From Prolixibacteraceae bacterium (GTDB taxonomy: Bacteria; Bacteroidota; Bacteroidia; Bacteroidales; Prolixibacteraceae): a stretch of DNA of 64,000 bases. The translations under genes and the position numbers were made by a program. Shown piece by piece: positions 44,981 to 56,092 of this stretch (its first letter is position 1; the number at the start of each line of letters is the position of its first letter). Location: positions 213,229 through 277,228 of the forward strand of contig CAXXHH010000008.1 in assembly GCA_963663005.2 (NCBI GenBank), in the 5' to 3' direction. Below the pieces are notes generated by a model, which was not told the DNA's origin, did no database searches, and saw nothing but the letters and a program-made list of their open reading frames with translations.

Positions 44981-46765
44981 TTATTCTTCGGCTGACTCAA
45001 TGTACGTAATTTTTTTGATTTTCGTAGGTAATACCTTCGATTTATTCCCCATCTTCAAAGACCTTTCCCATTGCTGAACTGCTTTATCCTTTTCATTGAG
45101 AAAGAATAAAATGTCTCCATAGTGTTCTACTAATACCGGACTTTCCTCCTTGCTGTTCGATAGGGCTGATTCCATATAAAATTTGGCCAACTGATAATCT
45201 TTCTTCTTAAAAAGTACCCACGCATAGGTATCAAGGTAAGTAGCATTGTTGGGATTATTTTTCACCACACCGTTGCTAAGCTTCTCTGCAACATCCAATT
45301 TTAGTGATCTTAATGACAAATAGTAGGCATAATTATTCATCGCAAGATAATTCTGAGGATCAATCTCAACGACTTTGTCAAACCAGCTATAGGCCTTCTC
45401 ATATTCCTTTTGCTTATAATAGGCTTCGGCCCGATAAGTGTATACCTGAGATAAAATTTGAGAATTTTTACCGGAATTGGCTTCAGCCGAATCGAGCACA
45501 GCAAAGACATCAGCATAATTTCCCTGTTGAATCAAGGCCACTGCATCCAAAATGTACAGCACCGGTTGCTCAGGAAAATACTTGATCGCAACCCTACTGT
45601 CTTTTCCTAAAGATTTCCAATCCAGCAAATCATTATCGATGTACAGTAATCGCTCCCAATACGTGTAATTTCCCTTGTTGATTTCTACCACCAGTCGCAA
45701 CTGTTCTCTGGCTTCATTGAACAACTTCTTCCCAAGATAATATTCCGCAAGTAACGCTCTTGGGCGCTCATCGTCTATATGCTTGTCGATAAGAATGTTA
45801 ATCAATTCTAACTGTTGCCTTTCCGTTAGGTGTCTGTCCTCGGATTGAGAATGAAGCAAGTACATCTGAATTTTGGTCTCCAATTCCAGACTCGAATTTT
45901 CGAAACCTGCTTTTAATTGGTCATAGGCCTTTGTAGAATCGCCTGCCGCCTGATAGTAATTTGAAAGCGAAAAATGAATAAATCCATCCGTCGGCTTTAG
46001 CTGCAAAACTTTATTGTAATTCTCAAGCGATTTATCCATAATACTGTCAGCCAAATACATATCGGCCAATAATCCATAATATTTGGACTCCCCCTGATTT
46101 TTAGCTATAAGATTTTCAATTTCCCTGTAGGCTTCCTTCTTTTTCCCTTGTTTTAGGTAGATTGATTGCCTTCCCAATGCTATTGGCTCAATAAGCCCAT
46201 ATTTTTTCTCGAGCTCATCATAACAGGCAAATGCCTCCTCCTGCTTCCCCGCCATATTGAACATTTCCGCCCGATACATTGGATAGTCCGTATTATCAGG
46301 TGATAATGTGGCTAAAACACCAAAAGTAGCAGCAGCCTTTTCGTACAGCTTATTCTGTTGATAAATTTTTGCTAACAGAATTCGATAATACTGATTCTGA
46401 GGATCTAACGAAACAGCTTTCTCCAACATCATCATAGCACTCTGAAAATCACTTCTGACAAGATGTATATTCGCAATCTCGTATAATGCCGCCGAAGAAA
46501 CAGGATCCATTTCTAAACAACGGGAAAAGATCTTTATCGCTTCATCAACATTTCCAATTGTCCTTTGCTTAATCCCTTCAATAAACAGGTATTGAAACTG
46601 CTGTTTTTGATCCTCCGTCAGCAAGGATCGACTCTGAATCTCCACCTCAGGTACAGCTTTCTTAACCGTTTGCTGAGGCGCCTTGCAGGAAGTAAAAATA
46701 CAAATGCAGGGAACGACTACCCAAATAATATAAATTGTTTTGTTCATTGTCTGTTTTTTAAGCAT
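44981..46765 (-). CDS. Tetratricopeptide-repeat protein, lipoprotein-type signal
   Basis: 594 aa with TPR-like 34-aa repeats throughout and the N-terminal signal IWVVVPCICIFTSC. Confidence 0.8.
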   Translation of the reverse strand: MLKKQTMNKTIYIIWVVVPCICIFTSCKAPQQTVKKAVPEVEIQSRSLLTEDQKQQFQYLFIEGIKQRTIGNVDEAIKIFSRCLEMDPVSSAALYEIANIHLVRSDFQSAMMMLEKAVSLDPQNQYYRILLAKIYQQNKLYEKAAATFGVLATLSPDNTDYPMYRAEMFNMAGKQEEAFACYDELEKKYGLIEPIALGRQSIYLKQGKKKEAYREIENLIAKNQGESKYYGLLADMYLADSIMDKSLENYNKVLQLKPTDGFIHFSLSNYYQAAGDSTKAYDQLKAGFENSSLELETKIQMYLLHSQSEDRHLTERQQLELINILIDKHIDDERPRALLAEYYLGKKLFNEAREQLRLVVEINKGNYTYWERLLYIDNDLLDWKSLGKDSRVAIKYFPEQPVLYILDAVALIQQGNYADVFAVLDSAEANSGKNSQILSQVYTYRAEAYYKQKEYEKAYSWFDKVVEIDPQNYLAMNNYAYYLSLRSLKLDVAEKLSNGVVKNNPNNATYLDTYAWVLFKKKDYQLAKFYMESALSNSKEESPVLVEHYGDILFFLNEKDKAVQQWERSLKMGNKSKVLPTKIKKITYIESAEE

Positions 46766-46768
46766 CTT

Positions 46769-47203
46769 TTAATGCTTTCCTGTATGACCAAATCCTCCTT
46801 CACCACGCTCACTCTGATCCAATTCAACTACTTCATTCCATTCAATTTGCTCGTAGGAGGAAATAATCATTTGTGCAATCCGCTCACCATTATTGATAAT
46901 GAAGTCTTCCTGAGAAAAATTAATCAGGATGATCTTAATCTCTCCCCTGTAATCTGCATCAATAGTGCCCGGTGAATTAAGTACCGTCACCCCCTTATTA
47001 ATAGCCAAACCACTTCTGGGTCGAATCTGAGCTTCATAGCCTTCCGGTAGCTGTATAAAAAGCCCAGTCGGGACTAACTTTCGTTCAAAAGGCCTTAGAA
47101 CCAGTGGTTCAGCCAAGTTGGCCCGGAGATCCATTCCGGCAGATTGGTTGGTTCCGTAATGAGGAATACTATTTTTAGAGCTATTAACTATTTTGACTTT
47201 CAT
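46769..47203 (-). CDS. dut: dUTP diphosphatase
   Basis: 144 aa containing [35 protein letters not shown]. Confidence 0.95.
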   Translation of the reverse strand: MKVKIVNSSKNSIPHYGTNQSAGMDLRANLAEPLVLRPFERKLVPTGLFIQLPEGYEAQIRPRSGLAINKGVTVLNSPGTIDADYRGEIKIILINFSQEDFIINNGERIAQMIISSYEQIEWNEVVELDQSERGEGGFGHTGKH

Positions 47204-47316
47204 GTGCTTGTAATTTCTGTTTTTTAACGGCTAAATAGAATCGAAGATCTGCGAAACTAATACCCACAATAGCCTGCAATAATTTCATCCATCACTACTT
47301 AGTTACTTTAGGCGGC

Positions 47317-47438
47317 TAATATAAGAAATACCCATAAGAGTATGTTCAAACCAACCAAAAATGAATATGTGGGTGTTCCATGCGGCAGTTAAAAAAACAA
47401 AATTTATACGCATGAAACATATTAAACTGTTCGATTAA
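47317..47438 (+). repeat. Conserved stem-loop / mini-ORF module, copy B (orphan, between flippase 3' end and dut 5' end)
   Basis: This is the homologue of 28198-28300. The stem is AATACCCA (47327-47334) / TGGGTGTT (U-G replaces U-A). Mini-ORF 47361-47438 encodes MNMWVFHAAVKKTKFIRMKHIKLFD. Confidence 0.55.
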
Positions 47439-48933
47439 CATCTAAACGCTTTGGCAATAACCTCATCAAATCAGTCTTTTCGGTACGCCAGATATAAAAT
47501 ATAAATAGTGCAAACAGGATGGTTTTTACACTGTATTTTAAAAATAGACCATTAAAAACAATATTCATTTCGATTATATAGAGAGATATCGCAACTAAAA
47601 AATATGATCCGATTTTTTTTAGATCATACTTTACGGGGAAATATTTCTGTCCAAAGTAATAGGAAATGAGCGTTGTAAGTAGGGAGGAAGCGAAAAAGGC
47701 CATAGCTGAAGCCATATAACCTATTCGGGGAATAAACAAAATGTTGATAAACAATGTAATTATGCCTCCGACAATGGAAAAAATTGCCCCGTACCGCGTC
47801 TGATCCGTTAACTTATACCAAAGTGATTGAGTGTAGAAGATTCCCATAAAAAGATTCCCCATTAACAACCACGGAACAATTTTTATACCAACCGGATCAT
47901 GATAACCTAACTTTGAAGACCCGATGAAATATTTCAGGATGTCTACATAAAACAATACACCAACAAAAATTAGAAGTCCAAAAATGACAAAATAGTTCAT
48001 TATAACACTGTAAACTTTTTTGGATTCCTCCCCCTTATAATGAGCAAATAAAAAGGGCTCAAATGAATACCGGAACGCCTGAACAAATAGAGTCATTAGT
48101 ATAGCTAATTTACCGTTTGCCGAGTACACTCCCAATTCAGACATTGGGTCCTTACCATTTGAAATGAGTTCAGGTATCAGTATTTTGTCAATATTCAGTG
48201 TAACCATGCCTGCAATCCCGACGACAAGGATGGGCCAGCCATAATTCAACATTTCTTTCAGCTTTTCAGTCTTGAATACAATCTTCCTAATCCCCAAATC
48301 CGGCAAGAAGAGCAACAAAGTAACAACCGAGGCAATCATATAGGATAAGAAGGCATATCCGATGCCAATCTCCGGATTATAGAAATAGTGAAGAAACGAG
48401 TCAGGATTATTCGCCAATACTCTCGGACAAAGAAGAATCCAGAATAAATTCAGGAAAATATTTATTCCAATATTTATCATCTTAAAGGCAGCAAATTTGA
48501 TAGGCCTTTGTTGTAGTCGCAGCCGGGCAAAGGGAATTGCCGTTACAGCGTCTAGGGCAACAGTAATTCCCATCCAGATTATATAAAGATGCTGATCCGG
48601 ATACCCTATCCAACCGGATATTTGTCCGGAAAATAAGGAAATCCCTAAAACAAAAAGGAGCGAAGTGAAAGAAAGAGAGGCAAACGAAGTACCAAAAATC
48701 TCATTTGGCCGCTCACTCTTACTGGCGAAGCGGAAATAAGAAGTCTCCATTCCATAAGTAAGAATGACCTGAAAAATTGCGACGTAGGCCAATAAATTAC
48801 TTAAAATCCCATACTCTCCTGTTGGAAAAGTATAGCCATAAATGGGCGTCAGCATTAAATTTAAGAATCTGCCGACGATACTTGACACACCATAAATCAT
48901 GGTATCTCCTGCCAATTTTTTTAGTGCACTCAA
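47422..48933 (-). CDS. MOP-superfamily oligosaccharide/polysaccharide flippase (Wzx-like)
   Basis: 503 aa with about 14 TM segments and the conserved N-terminus SALKKLAGDTMIYGVSSIVGRFLN. The apparent start is TTG at 48933. Confidence 0.8.
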   Translation of the reverse strand: MSALKKLAGDTMIYGVSSIVGRFLNLMLTPIYGYTFPTGEYGILSNLLAYVAIFQVILTYGMETSYFRFASKSERPNEIFGTSFASLSFTSLLFVLGISLFSGQISGWIGYPDQHLYIIWMGITVALDAVTAIPFARLRLQQRPIKFAAFKMINIGINIFLNLFWILLCPRVLANNPDSFLHYFYNPEIGIGYAFLSYMIASVVTLLLFLPDLGIRKIVFKTEKLKEMLNYGWPILVVGIAGMVTLNIDKILIPELISNGKDPMSELGVYSANGKLAILMTLFVQAFRYSFEPFLFAHYKGEESKKVYSVIMNYFVIFGLLIFVGVLFYVDILKYFIGSSKLGYHDPVGIKIVPWLLMGNLFMGIFYTQSLWYKLTDQTRYGAIFSIVGGIITLFINILFIPRIGYMASAMAFFASSLLTTLISYYFGQKYFPVKYDLKKIGSYFLVAISLYIIEMNIVFNGLFLKYSVKTILFALFIFYIWRTEKTDLMRLLPKRLDVNRTV

Positions 48934-49109
48934 GCCAGAAAAATTAATTCTTGTTGACGCAAAGATAATTGAAGAATATAAAAGAAACTCAAAACAATAA
49001 AATTGAATTTCTTAATCTTATAATTTCTTCTTTAACAATATAAGTCTTGCACTTTGTCCAAAATAAGATTCTAAATTTGACAAAATTTTCTTACCAAAAT
49101 TTCTCTTTC

Positions 49110-50186
49110 ATGAAGCGGTTCACGTTATCTCTGGTTCCATTATTCTTTGTATTGATAATCTTGATGAATTGTGCCCAATCAAGCAGCCATTCCAGACGAC
49201 CTGTAACTTCCTTTCAATTGGAACCCAAAAAGAAAAGTTACACGCTTGGCGAAGAAATTGTGATTAGCTTGAATACTAAACTGAAAGATGGGTCAATCGA
49301 AAAAATTGAAATTTCGGTGGATGGAAAACCAGTTCAGACTTCAAATAAATTAACCAATTCGATCATCTATAAAACTGTTGATTTTGGAGTTGGTAAACAT
49401 ATTGTCAAAGTATCTGCGGTAAAAACGGATGGTCAGTCAGGCGATAATTACGAGGAAATTTTCGTCACATCAAACCTTAAGCCCGTTCAATATTCGTACC
49501 AGATCATCTCCGTATTTCCGCATACCACGACGCATTTTACGCAAGGACTGGAATTTCACAACAATATTCTTTACGAGGGAACCGGACAAGAGGGAACCTC
49601 AGCAATTTATCAGCTCGATCTGAAATCAGGAAAAACACTCAAGGAAACAAAACTTGAAAATCAATATTTTGGAGAAGGTATTACGATACTTAACGACAAA
49701 ATATATGAATTGACCTATAAAAATCAAATTGGATTTGTATATGATCTGGCAACTTTCAAATTGCTAAACACCTGGAAATATAAATCAAAAGAAGGGTGGG
49801 GGTTAACCAACGATGGCCACTCACTGATAATGAGTGACGGCACCGAAAACATCTATTTTATTAACCCTGACACCTACCAGGAAGAGAGAAAAATTCAGGT
49901 CTGTAATGAATATAATATCGTAAAGAACCTAAATGAACTAGAGTACATTAAAGGTGAAATTTGGGCTAATATTTGGACTACGGATAATTTAGTTATCATT
50001 GATCCAAAAACAGGAAAAATTACTGGAGAAATCGATTTAAGCGGATTGTCAGGTACTATCGTACAGAACCAGCGGGAACAAATAGACGTGCTTAACGGAA
50101 TTGCATGGAATCCAGTAACCGACAAAATTTACGTTACAGGCAAACTTTGGCCTAAGGCGTTTGAAATTAAATTAATCAGAAAATAA
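49110..50186 (+). CDS. Glutaminyl-peptide cyclotransferase (plant/bacterial beta-propeller type) with N-terminal Ig-like domain
   Basis: ATG at 49110 gives the lipoprotein-like signal MKRFTLSLVPLFFVLIILMNC. Blocks FPHTTTHFTQGLEFHNNILYEGTGQEG, FGEGIT, GWGLTNDG, LNGIAW. Confidence 0.85.
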   Translation: MKRFTLSLVPLFFVLIILMNCAQSSSHSRRPVTSFQLEPKKKSYTLGEEIVISLNTKLKDGSIEKIEISVDGKPVQTSNKLTNSIIYKTVDFGVGKHIVKVSAVKTDGQSGDNYEEIFVTSNLKPVQYSYQIISVFPHTTTHFTQGLEFHNNILYEGTGQEGTSAIYQLDLKSGKTLKETKLENQYFGEGITILNDKIYELTYKNQIGFVYDLATFKLLNTWKYKSKEGWGLTNDGHSLIMSDGTENIYFINPDTYQEERKIQVCNEYNIVKNLNELEYIKGEIWANIWTTDNLVIIDPKTGKITGEIDLSGLSGTIVQNQREQIDVLNGIAWNPVTDKIYVTGKLWPKAFEIKLIRK

Positions 50187-51212
50187 TCAAAATAGGGATC
50201 CAGTACTAAAATCAAGTCTGTTCTTTCCTAAATGACTATATGCCAATTCGGTAACCTCTCGTCCCCTCGGAGTTCGTTTTATAAATCCTTCTTTGATAAG
50301 AAAAGGTTCATATACCTCTTCTATGGTTCCTGAATCCTCTCCAACAGCCGTTGCAATAGTCGAAATTCCAACTGGTCCTCCCTTAAATTTATCAATTATT
50401 GTTGACAAGATTTTATTATCCATCTCATCCAGACCGTATCTGTCAATATTGAGTGCCTCAAGAGAGTATTTGGTAATTTCCAAATCAATTTTCCCATTTC
50501 CTTTTACCATGGCAAAGTCCCGAACTCTCCTCAACAGTGAATTAACAATCCTTGGGGTTCCCCGACTCCTTCTCGCAATTTCAAAGGCTGCATCATCATT
50601 AATTATGACATCGAGAATTCTTGCAGAACGCTTCACTATACCTGTTAATATGTTTATATCATAATATTCTAAATGGCAGGTAATACCAAATCTTGCGCGA
50701 AGCGGTCTTGTTAATAAACCACTCCTTGTGGTAGCTCCAATTAAGGTAAACGGATTTAACTCCAGTTGAATTGAGCGGGCACTTGGCCCCTTATCTATTA
50801 ATATATCAATTCGAAAATCTTCCATTGCAGAATAAAGATATTCCTCTACAATTGGACTCAGCCGATGAATTTCATCGATGAAAAGAACATCATTTTTCTC
50901 AAGATTTGTAAGGAGCCCAGCCAAATCGCCTGGTTTATCCAATACAGGACCTGAGGTCAATTTTAATTTAACTCCCAATTCATTCGCTATGATATTGGAT
51001 AATGTCGTTTTTCCCAGCCCTGGAGGACCATGCAACAGCACATGATCCAGGGACTCGCCACGCATAATTGCCGCCTGAACAAAAACTTGAATATTATCAA
51101 TAATTTTTGTCTGTCCTGCAAAATCATTAAACTTTAGTGGCCTTAACTGATTATCTAATTCCCTTTCAACCGGATCACTATTTGCATCTCTCAAGTCAAT
51201 AAATTCCCCCAT
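50187..51212 (-). CDS. ruvB: Holliday junction branch migration helicase RuvB
   Basis: [34 protein letters not shown]. Confidence 0.97.
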   Translation of the reverse strand: MGEFIDLRDANSDPVERELDNQLRPLKFNDFAGQTKIIDNIQVFVQAAIMRGESLDHVLLHGPPGLGKTTLSNIIANELGVKLKLTSGPVLDKPGDLAGLLTNLEKNDVLFIDEIHRLSPIVEEYLYSAMEDFRIDILIDKGPSARSIQLELNPFTLIGATTRSGLLTRPLRARFGITCHLEYYDINILTGIVKRSARILDVIINDDAAFEIARRSRGTPRIVNSLLRRVRDFAMVKGNGKIDLEITKYSLEALNIDRYGLDEMDNKILSTIIDKFKGGPVGISTIATAVGEDSGTIEEVYEPFLIKEGFIKRTPRGREVTELAYSHLGKNRLDFSTGSLF

Positions 51213-51250
51213 TCCTGTGAAAAAATTACAGTAAAAATTAATTGATATAA

Positions 51251-51658
51251 TTAAATACTCTTGTCAAATGATTCAATAATTTCTACAAACTTAAACGCAT
51301 TAAACGGTTTTTCCATTAAATGATCCATGCCATTTTCAACGCACTTTTGAAAATCATTGTTTAACGTATTTGCAGTAAACGCTATTATTGGTGTATAACC
51401 TCTGGATTTATCATAATTTTCAATTTTTCTAATCTCTCTTGAGGATTCAAAACCATCCATAACCGGCATCATTAAATCCATCAAAACAACATCAAAATGT
51501 TCCTTCTTGAAAATTTCAACCCCTTCCAATCCATTATTTGCCACCGTAACTACACAATTCAGTTTTGACAAATTTATTGTTAATAGTTTTTGATTCAGGA
51601 GATTATCCTCTACTAACAAAATTTTTAAGTTCTTCTTAAGTTTAAAATCAGATATCAT
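51251..51658 (-). CDS. Stand-alone response-regulator receiver domain (CheY-like)
   Basis: 135 aa containing [18 protein letters not shown] (phospho-acceptor Asp) and AFTAN. No output domain and no adjacent kinase. Confidence 0.85.
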   Translation of the reverse strand: MISDFKLKKNLKILLVEDNLLNQKLLTINLSKLNCVVTVANNGLEGVEIFKKEHFDVVLMDLMMPVMDGFESSREIRKIENYDKSRGYTPIIAFTANTLNNDFQKCVENGMDHLMEKPFNAFKFVEIIESFDKSI

Positions 51659-52135
51659 CAGTCTTTTTTAAGTTTTCTCTTAATTAGAAAATTTTCGGTC
51701 TAATTTTGAGCTCATTCCTAAAGTAAGGATTTTAGAAATGAACAATAAGTAATATTATTTAATTTAATGTTTATTCTTTAAAGAAACTTTATTTTATTAT
51801 ATGCTGTTCATGATGTTAATAAATACCAAAAAAATGTCTTAAATGCGCTGCGTTAAAAAGATACTCAAACTTTATTAACTTTATAATTTATTGAAAAACT
51901 GGAATCTATAATCTTATTAACAAGATGTCAATTTTGAGTATAAACTCGAGTATAAATTGTGAAAGTATCTGTTTATAGTTTAATTTCTTTTGATTTTAAT
52001 TAGATAAAATTTGATTTTGACTATTTCTAATACGCTTTATTTATTTATGACAGAGAATTTCTTTTAAAATATCTGCAATTTATTAAAACTTATTAACGTT
52101 TTTTCAGTATTGTTATTAAAACAAAAATTGTCGTC

Positions 52136-52576
52136 ATGTTGAAAATTGCTGTAGCATCTGATCATGCTGGTTTTGATCTTAAAAGTGCAATTATTTTGCA
52201 TCTTAAGAAAGAGAATTTTGAAATTGTTGATTTTGGATGTAATTCGAATGAGAGCTGCGATTATCCTGATTATGCGCACCCTCTGGCTGTAGCTGTTGAA
52301 AATGACTCTGAAATGATTGGATTCGTCTGTTGTGGTTCAGGTAACGGTATTAATATGACTGTTAATAAGCATCAGGGTATTAGGTCTGCTATTTGTTGGA
52401 ACAAGGAAGTCGCCTTTTTGGCTAGGTCGCATAATAACGCAAATATTTGTTCTTTACCTGCTCGTTTTATATCTCAAAATGAGGCATTTGAAATAATTGA
52501 AACCTTTCTTTCGACAGATTTTGAATTCGGTAGGCATTTAGTAAGGATTAATAAAATACCTATTCAAAGTATCTAG
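52136..52576 (+). CDS. rpiB: Ribose-5-phosphate isomerase B
   Basis: IAVASDHAGFDLK, CCGSGNGINMTVNK, RSHNNANI. Confidence 0.9.
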   Translation: MLKIAVASDHAGFDLKSAIILHLKKENFEIVDFGCNSNESCDYPDYAHPLAVAVENDSEMIGFVCCGSGNGINMTVNKHQGIRSAICWNKEVAFLARSHNNANICSLPARFISQNEAFEIIETFLSTDFEFGRHLVRINKIPIQSI

Positions 52577-52591
52577 TATTAAATTATATGA

Positions 52592-53722
52592 ATGGCTGGT
52601 TTATATATTCACATTCCCTTTTGTAGCGAGAAATGCGTTTATTGTGACTTTTATTCAGGTAATCAATTATACCTCATTGATAAGTATGTAGAGGCATTAT
52701 GCTGTGAAATAGAATTGCGTTCTGATTATCTCGAAAAGGAGATATTTGACACAGTTTACTTAGGCGGAGGAACTCCTTCGTTACTTTCTGAAGTTCATTT
52801 ACATAAAATTTTTGAGGCGATTCATAAATTTTTAAGGGCGGGTAATAATCCGGAAATTACAATCGAATGTAATCCTGAGAATATTACTGAGCACTACGTA
52901 AATCAGTTGAACGGTTTGGGAATAAATAGGATAAGTTTGGGAATTCAGTTTCTATTCGATGATATTCTTTCCAAATTTAATCGAAAGCATAATAAAGAAT
53001 TGATATTTAAGTCTTTAGATATTATTTCGAACTCTGTTATTAAGAATTTGTCAATAGATTTAATTTACGCTGTTCAAGGTATTGATGATAATTCTTTGTT
53101 GTCCTCTTTAAATCAGCTTATTAAGTATGATATCAAGCACGTGTCTGCATATAATCTTACGTTAGGGAAGAATTCGAAGCTGTATTGGAAAATAGCGAGC
53201 GGCGAGTACACTGAGTCCAAAGAGGATGTATTCATTTCTCAATATAATATTATACATGATTTTTTGACCTTTTCCGGTTTTTCTCAATATGAAATTAGTA
53301 ATTATGCTAAGCCTGGTTTTATTTCACAACATAACTTGGCTTATTGGAATCAAGTTCCATATTTGGGAGTCGGTGTTTCTGCTCATAGTTATAATGGAAC
53401 ATCCCGGCAGTGGAATCACACTAATATTAGAAAATATGTGCGGGAGTTAGAGTATGCGCCACCTAAGGTTGATTTCGAAATTGAGTATTTAGATGGAGTT
53501 CAATTATATAACGAATATGTTATCCTTAAGTTGAGAACTTTTCAAGGATTATCTTTTGATTATATACGGCGGAATTTCGGAGCTAATATTGGTGTACATT
53601 TTGAGAGAGCCGTTCAAATGCTTATGAGTCGCGATCATTTTGAAATGAATGGTGGTAGTATATTTCCAAAGGAGAGCGACTTATTGATAGCTGATTATCT
53701 TGCTAAGATGTTAATGATCTAG
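52592..53722 (+). CDS. hemW: Radical SAM haem chaperone HemW (HemN-like, oxygen-independent coproporphyrinogen oxidase family)
   Basis: LYIHIPFCSEKCVYCDF (CxxxCxxC), YLGGGTPS, RISLGIQ. Confidence 0.9.
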   Translation: MAGLYIHIPFCSEKCVYCDFYSGNQLYLIDKYVEALCCEIELRSDYLEKEIFDTVYLGGGTPSLLSEVHLHKIFEAIHKFLRAGNNPEITIECNPENITEHYVNQLNGLGINRISLGIQFLFDDILSKFNRKHNKELIFKSLDIISNSVIKNLSIDLIYAVQGIDDNSLLSSLNQLIKYDIKHVSAYNLTLGKNSKLYWKIASGEYTESKEDVFISQYNIIHDFLTFSGFSQYEISNYAKPGFISQHNLAYWNQVPYLGVGVSAHSYNGTSRQWNHTNIRKYVRELEYAPPKVDFEIEYLDGVQLYNEYVILKLRTFQGLSFDYIRRNFGANIGVHFERAVQMLMSRDHFEMNGGSIFPKESDLLIADYLAKMLMI

Positions 53723-53733
53723 TTTTATTTAGT

Positions 53734-54156
53734 ATGAGTATAAATTTTTTTTGTGAAGAGGTGAATTTGCCTGAGTGTAGCTACGAAGTTATTTCTAAGG
53801 TTATCAAGAGTGAACTGAGGTTAAAAAAATTGAAGTTGGGGCAGATAAACTATATTTTTTGTAGTGATGAATATTTGCTCGAATTAAACAAAAAGTTTCT
53901 GGATCACGATTATTATACAGATGTTATTACGTTCGATTATTCGGAGATCCCTAGAATAAGCGGAGACGTATTTATTAGTGTTGATATGGTCTTAAATAAT
54001 TCTGTTATTTTTGGTCAATTATTTGAACAGGAATTGCTTCGCGTTATTTCTCATGGCTTTCTTCATTTACTTGGATACAAGGATAAGGAATTGGAAGACA
54101 TTGAAACCATGAGGGCGATGGAGTCGAGGATGATTAATCGAATAAACTTGTTGTAG
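53734..54156 (+). CDS. ybeY: rRNA maturation endoribonuclease YbeY
   Basis: 140 aa with the HGFLHLLGYKD zinc motif. Confidence 0.9.
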   Translation: MSINFFCEEVNLPECSYEVISKVIKSELRLKKLKLGQINYIFCSDEYLLELNKKFLDHDYYTDVITFDYSEIPRISGDVFISVDMVLNNSVIFGQLFEQELLRVISHGFLHLLGYKDKELEDIETMRAMESRMINRINLL

Positions 54157-54181
54157 ATTTTTTCATTGTTAAATTTTGTGC

Positions 54182-56062
54182 ATGTCTGGTTATTTGGAAT
54201 ATAATGTGATTGTTGTTGGAGCCGGTCATGCAGGTTGTGAGGCTGCTTTAGCTGCAGCAAATTTGGGTTCGTCGGTTTTGTTAATTACGATGGATTTAAA
54301 TCGGGTTGCGCAGATGAGTTGTAACCCTGCGGTTGGGGGAATTGCAAAAGGGCAAATTGTGCGGGAGATTGATGCTCTGGGTGGGATGATGGGTAAAATT
54401 ACTGATTTGAGCTCACTTCAGTTCAGAATGTTAAACCGTTCGAAAGGACCGGCAATGTGGAGTCCCAGGGCACAGTGTGATAAAATCAAATTCTCAGAGA
54501 ATTGGAGAATTGAGCTCCAGCGGAATAAAAATATTAGTTTTTGGCAGGGAACAGTGTCAGAATTGATTATTGAGAATAATTCGGTTCGAGGGGTGGTCAC
54601 TGAAATCGGTCAGAGGTTTTATGCAAATTCAGTGGTTTTGACTAACGGCACCTTTCTAAACGGGTTGCTTCATTTTGGGCAAAGTAAAGTTGATGGCGGA
54701 CGAATATCTGAGCCGGCTTCTTTCGGGATAACCGATCAGCTGAAACGACTTGGCTTTTTAAGCGGTCGGATGAAAACGGGTACACCCCCAAGAATTGATA
54801 AAAGAACAATTGATTTTGATAGATTGGAAGAACAGCTCGGTGATCCAGTTGGGAAATTTAGTTTCTTTCATTCTTGCGATCAAAAGCTTCCAGTTATAAA
54901 TTGCCATATTACCTATACAAATGAACTTGTTCATAAGGAGCTTGAGAAGGGGTTTAAGTTTTCTCCGATGTTTGATGGCACAATCAAAAGCTTGGGTCCC
55001 AGATATTGTCCTAGTATTGAAACGAAGCTCATAATTTTTAATGATAAAAATTCACATCAGTTATATTTAGAGCCTGAAGGTGTTGATTCAATAGAATATT
55101 ATTTGAATGGATTTTCTACATCGCTGCCTGTTGATGTCCAGAGGAGTGCTATCAAGTTTATTCCAGGTTTGGAAAATGCCAGGATTATTAGGCCTGGTTA
55201 CGCAATTGAATATGATTTTTTTGATCCTACTCAATTGAGTCATTCATTGGAATCAAAACTTGCGTCAAATCTTTTTCTGGCCGGACAAATTAACGGTACT
55301 ACAGGCTATGAGGAGGCAGGGGCTCAAGGATTAATAGCGGGAATCAACGCACATCGTAAATCTAATGATCTCCAGCCCCTTGTCTTGGAGCGGAATCAGG
55401 CCTATATCGGTGTTTTGATTGACGATCTTGTTACTAAAGGTGTAGACGAGCCTTACCGTATGTTTACTAGCCGTGCTGAACATCGGTTAATTTTAAGACA
55501 AGATAATGCCGATGAAAGACTCTCGAAGATAGGTTACGATATTGGTTTATTACCCAAAGATTTGTTTGAGCGCTTTCAAAATAAGTCTTTATTGGTTTCA
55601 GACTTGATAGAAAAGGTGAAAGATATTTCGTTACGACCCGAACAGATTAATGATTATCTTTTAAAAAAGGAATCAGCGCCAATCAGACAAAAGACGAAAT
55701 TTCATAGTTTGATTAGCCGTCCCCAGGTTTCTTTGTCAGAAATTCTGGAAGAGTACCCGTTGATTTTAAAATTGCTAGGCATTATTCCTGAGGACCTGTT
55801 TCCGGAGGTAATTGAGTCCGTAGAGATTCACATTAAGTATGCTGGTTATATAGGCAGGGAATTTTCTGTTGCGGAGAAGCTGAAAAGGCTGGAGAATATA
55901 AAAATTGAGAATAGATTTGATTACAATACTATTCCGTCTTTGTCAACGGAAGCTAGAGAGAAGTTAACCAGGATTAAACCTTTGACTATAGGGCAGGCGA
56001 GTAGAATTCCTGGCATCTCCCCGAATGATATAAATGTGTTATTAATATTGCTTGGAAGATAA
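54182..56062 (+). CDS. mnmG: tRNA uridine 5-carboxymethylaminomethyl modification enzyme MnmG (GidA)
   Basis: YNVIVVGAGHAGCEAA, GPRYCPSIE, GQINGTTGYEEAGAQG. The ATG at 54182 is preferred over the TTG at 54176. Confidence 0.95.
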   Translation: MSGYLEYNVIVVGAGHAGCEAALAAANLGSSVLLITMDLNRVAQMSCNPAVGGIAKGQIVREIDALGGMMGKITDLSSLQFRMLNRSKGPAMWSPRAQCDKIKFSENWRIELQRNKNISFWQGTVSELIIENNSVRGVVTEIGQRFYANSVVLTNGTFLNGLLHFGQSKVDGGRISEPASFGITDQLKRLGFLSGRMKTGTPPRIDKRTIDFDRLEEQLGDPVGKFSFFHSCDQKLPVINCHITYTNELVHKELEKGFKFSPMFDGTIKSLGPRYCPSIETKLIIFNDKNSHQLYLEPEGVDSIEYYLNGFSTSLPVDVQRSAIKFIPGLENARIIRPGYAIEYDFFDPTQLSHSLESKLASNLFLAGQINGTTGYEEAGAQGLIAGINAHRKSNDLQPLVLERNQAYIGVLIDDLVTKGVDEPYRMFTSRAEHRLILRQDNADERLSKIGYDIGLLPKDLFERFQNKSLLVSDLIEKVKDISLRPEQINDYLLKKESAPIRQKTKFHSLISRPQVSLSEILEEYPLILKLLGIIPEDLFPEVIESVEIHIKYAGYIGREFSVAEKLKRLENIKIENRFDYNTIPSLSTEAREKLTRIKPLTIGQASRIPGISPNDINVLLILLGR

Positions 56063-56092
56063 CGTTCCACGTGGAACATATATAAATATTGA

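Noticed and set aside
49053-49079. Bacteroidota-type promoter (TTTG ... TAAATTTG) upstream of the glutaminyl cyclase gene, and TATTTTTG at 63116-63123 upstream of efp
   Set aside because: The -7-like boxes match TAnnTTTG, but the spacing to the nearest TTTG is shorter than the usual spacing and such motifs are frequent in AT-rich DNA. They are not reported as features without transcript-start data.
51659-52135. The 477-bp, very AT-rich intergenic region near mnmG (gidA) as a replication origin
   Set aside because: I could find no TTATCCACA-type DnaA boxes on either strand and no dnaA or dnaN nearby. The short repeats (GAGTATAAA x2, TTTGATTTT x2, CTTATTAAC x3) are expected by chance at about 20% GC. 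It is more simply a divergent promoter region for the response regulator and rpiB.
56064-56077. Perfect 14-nt palindrome GTTCCACGTGGAAC between mnmG and apt
   Set aside because: It is a single short palindrome with no T-run and no second copy in the window. That is too little evidence to call it an operator or terminator.
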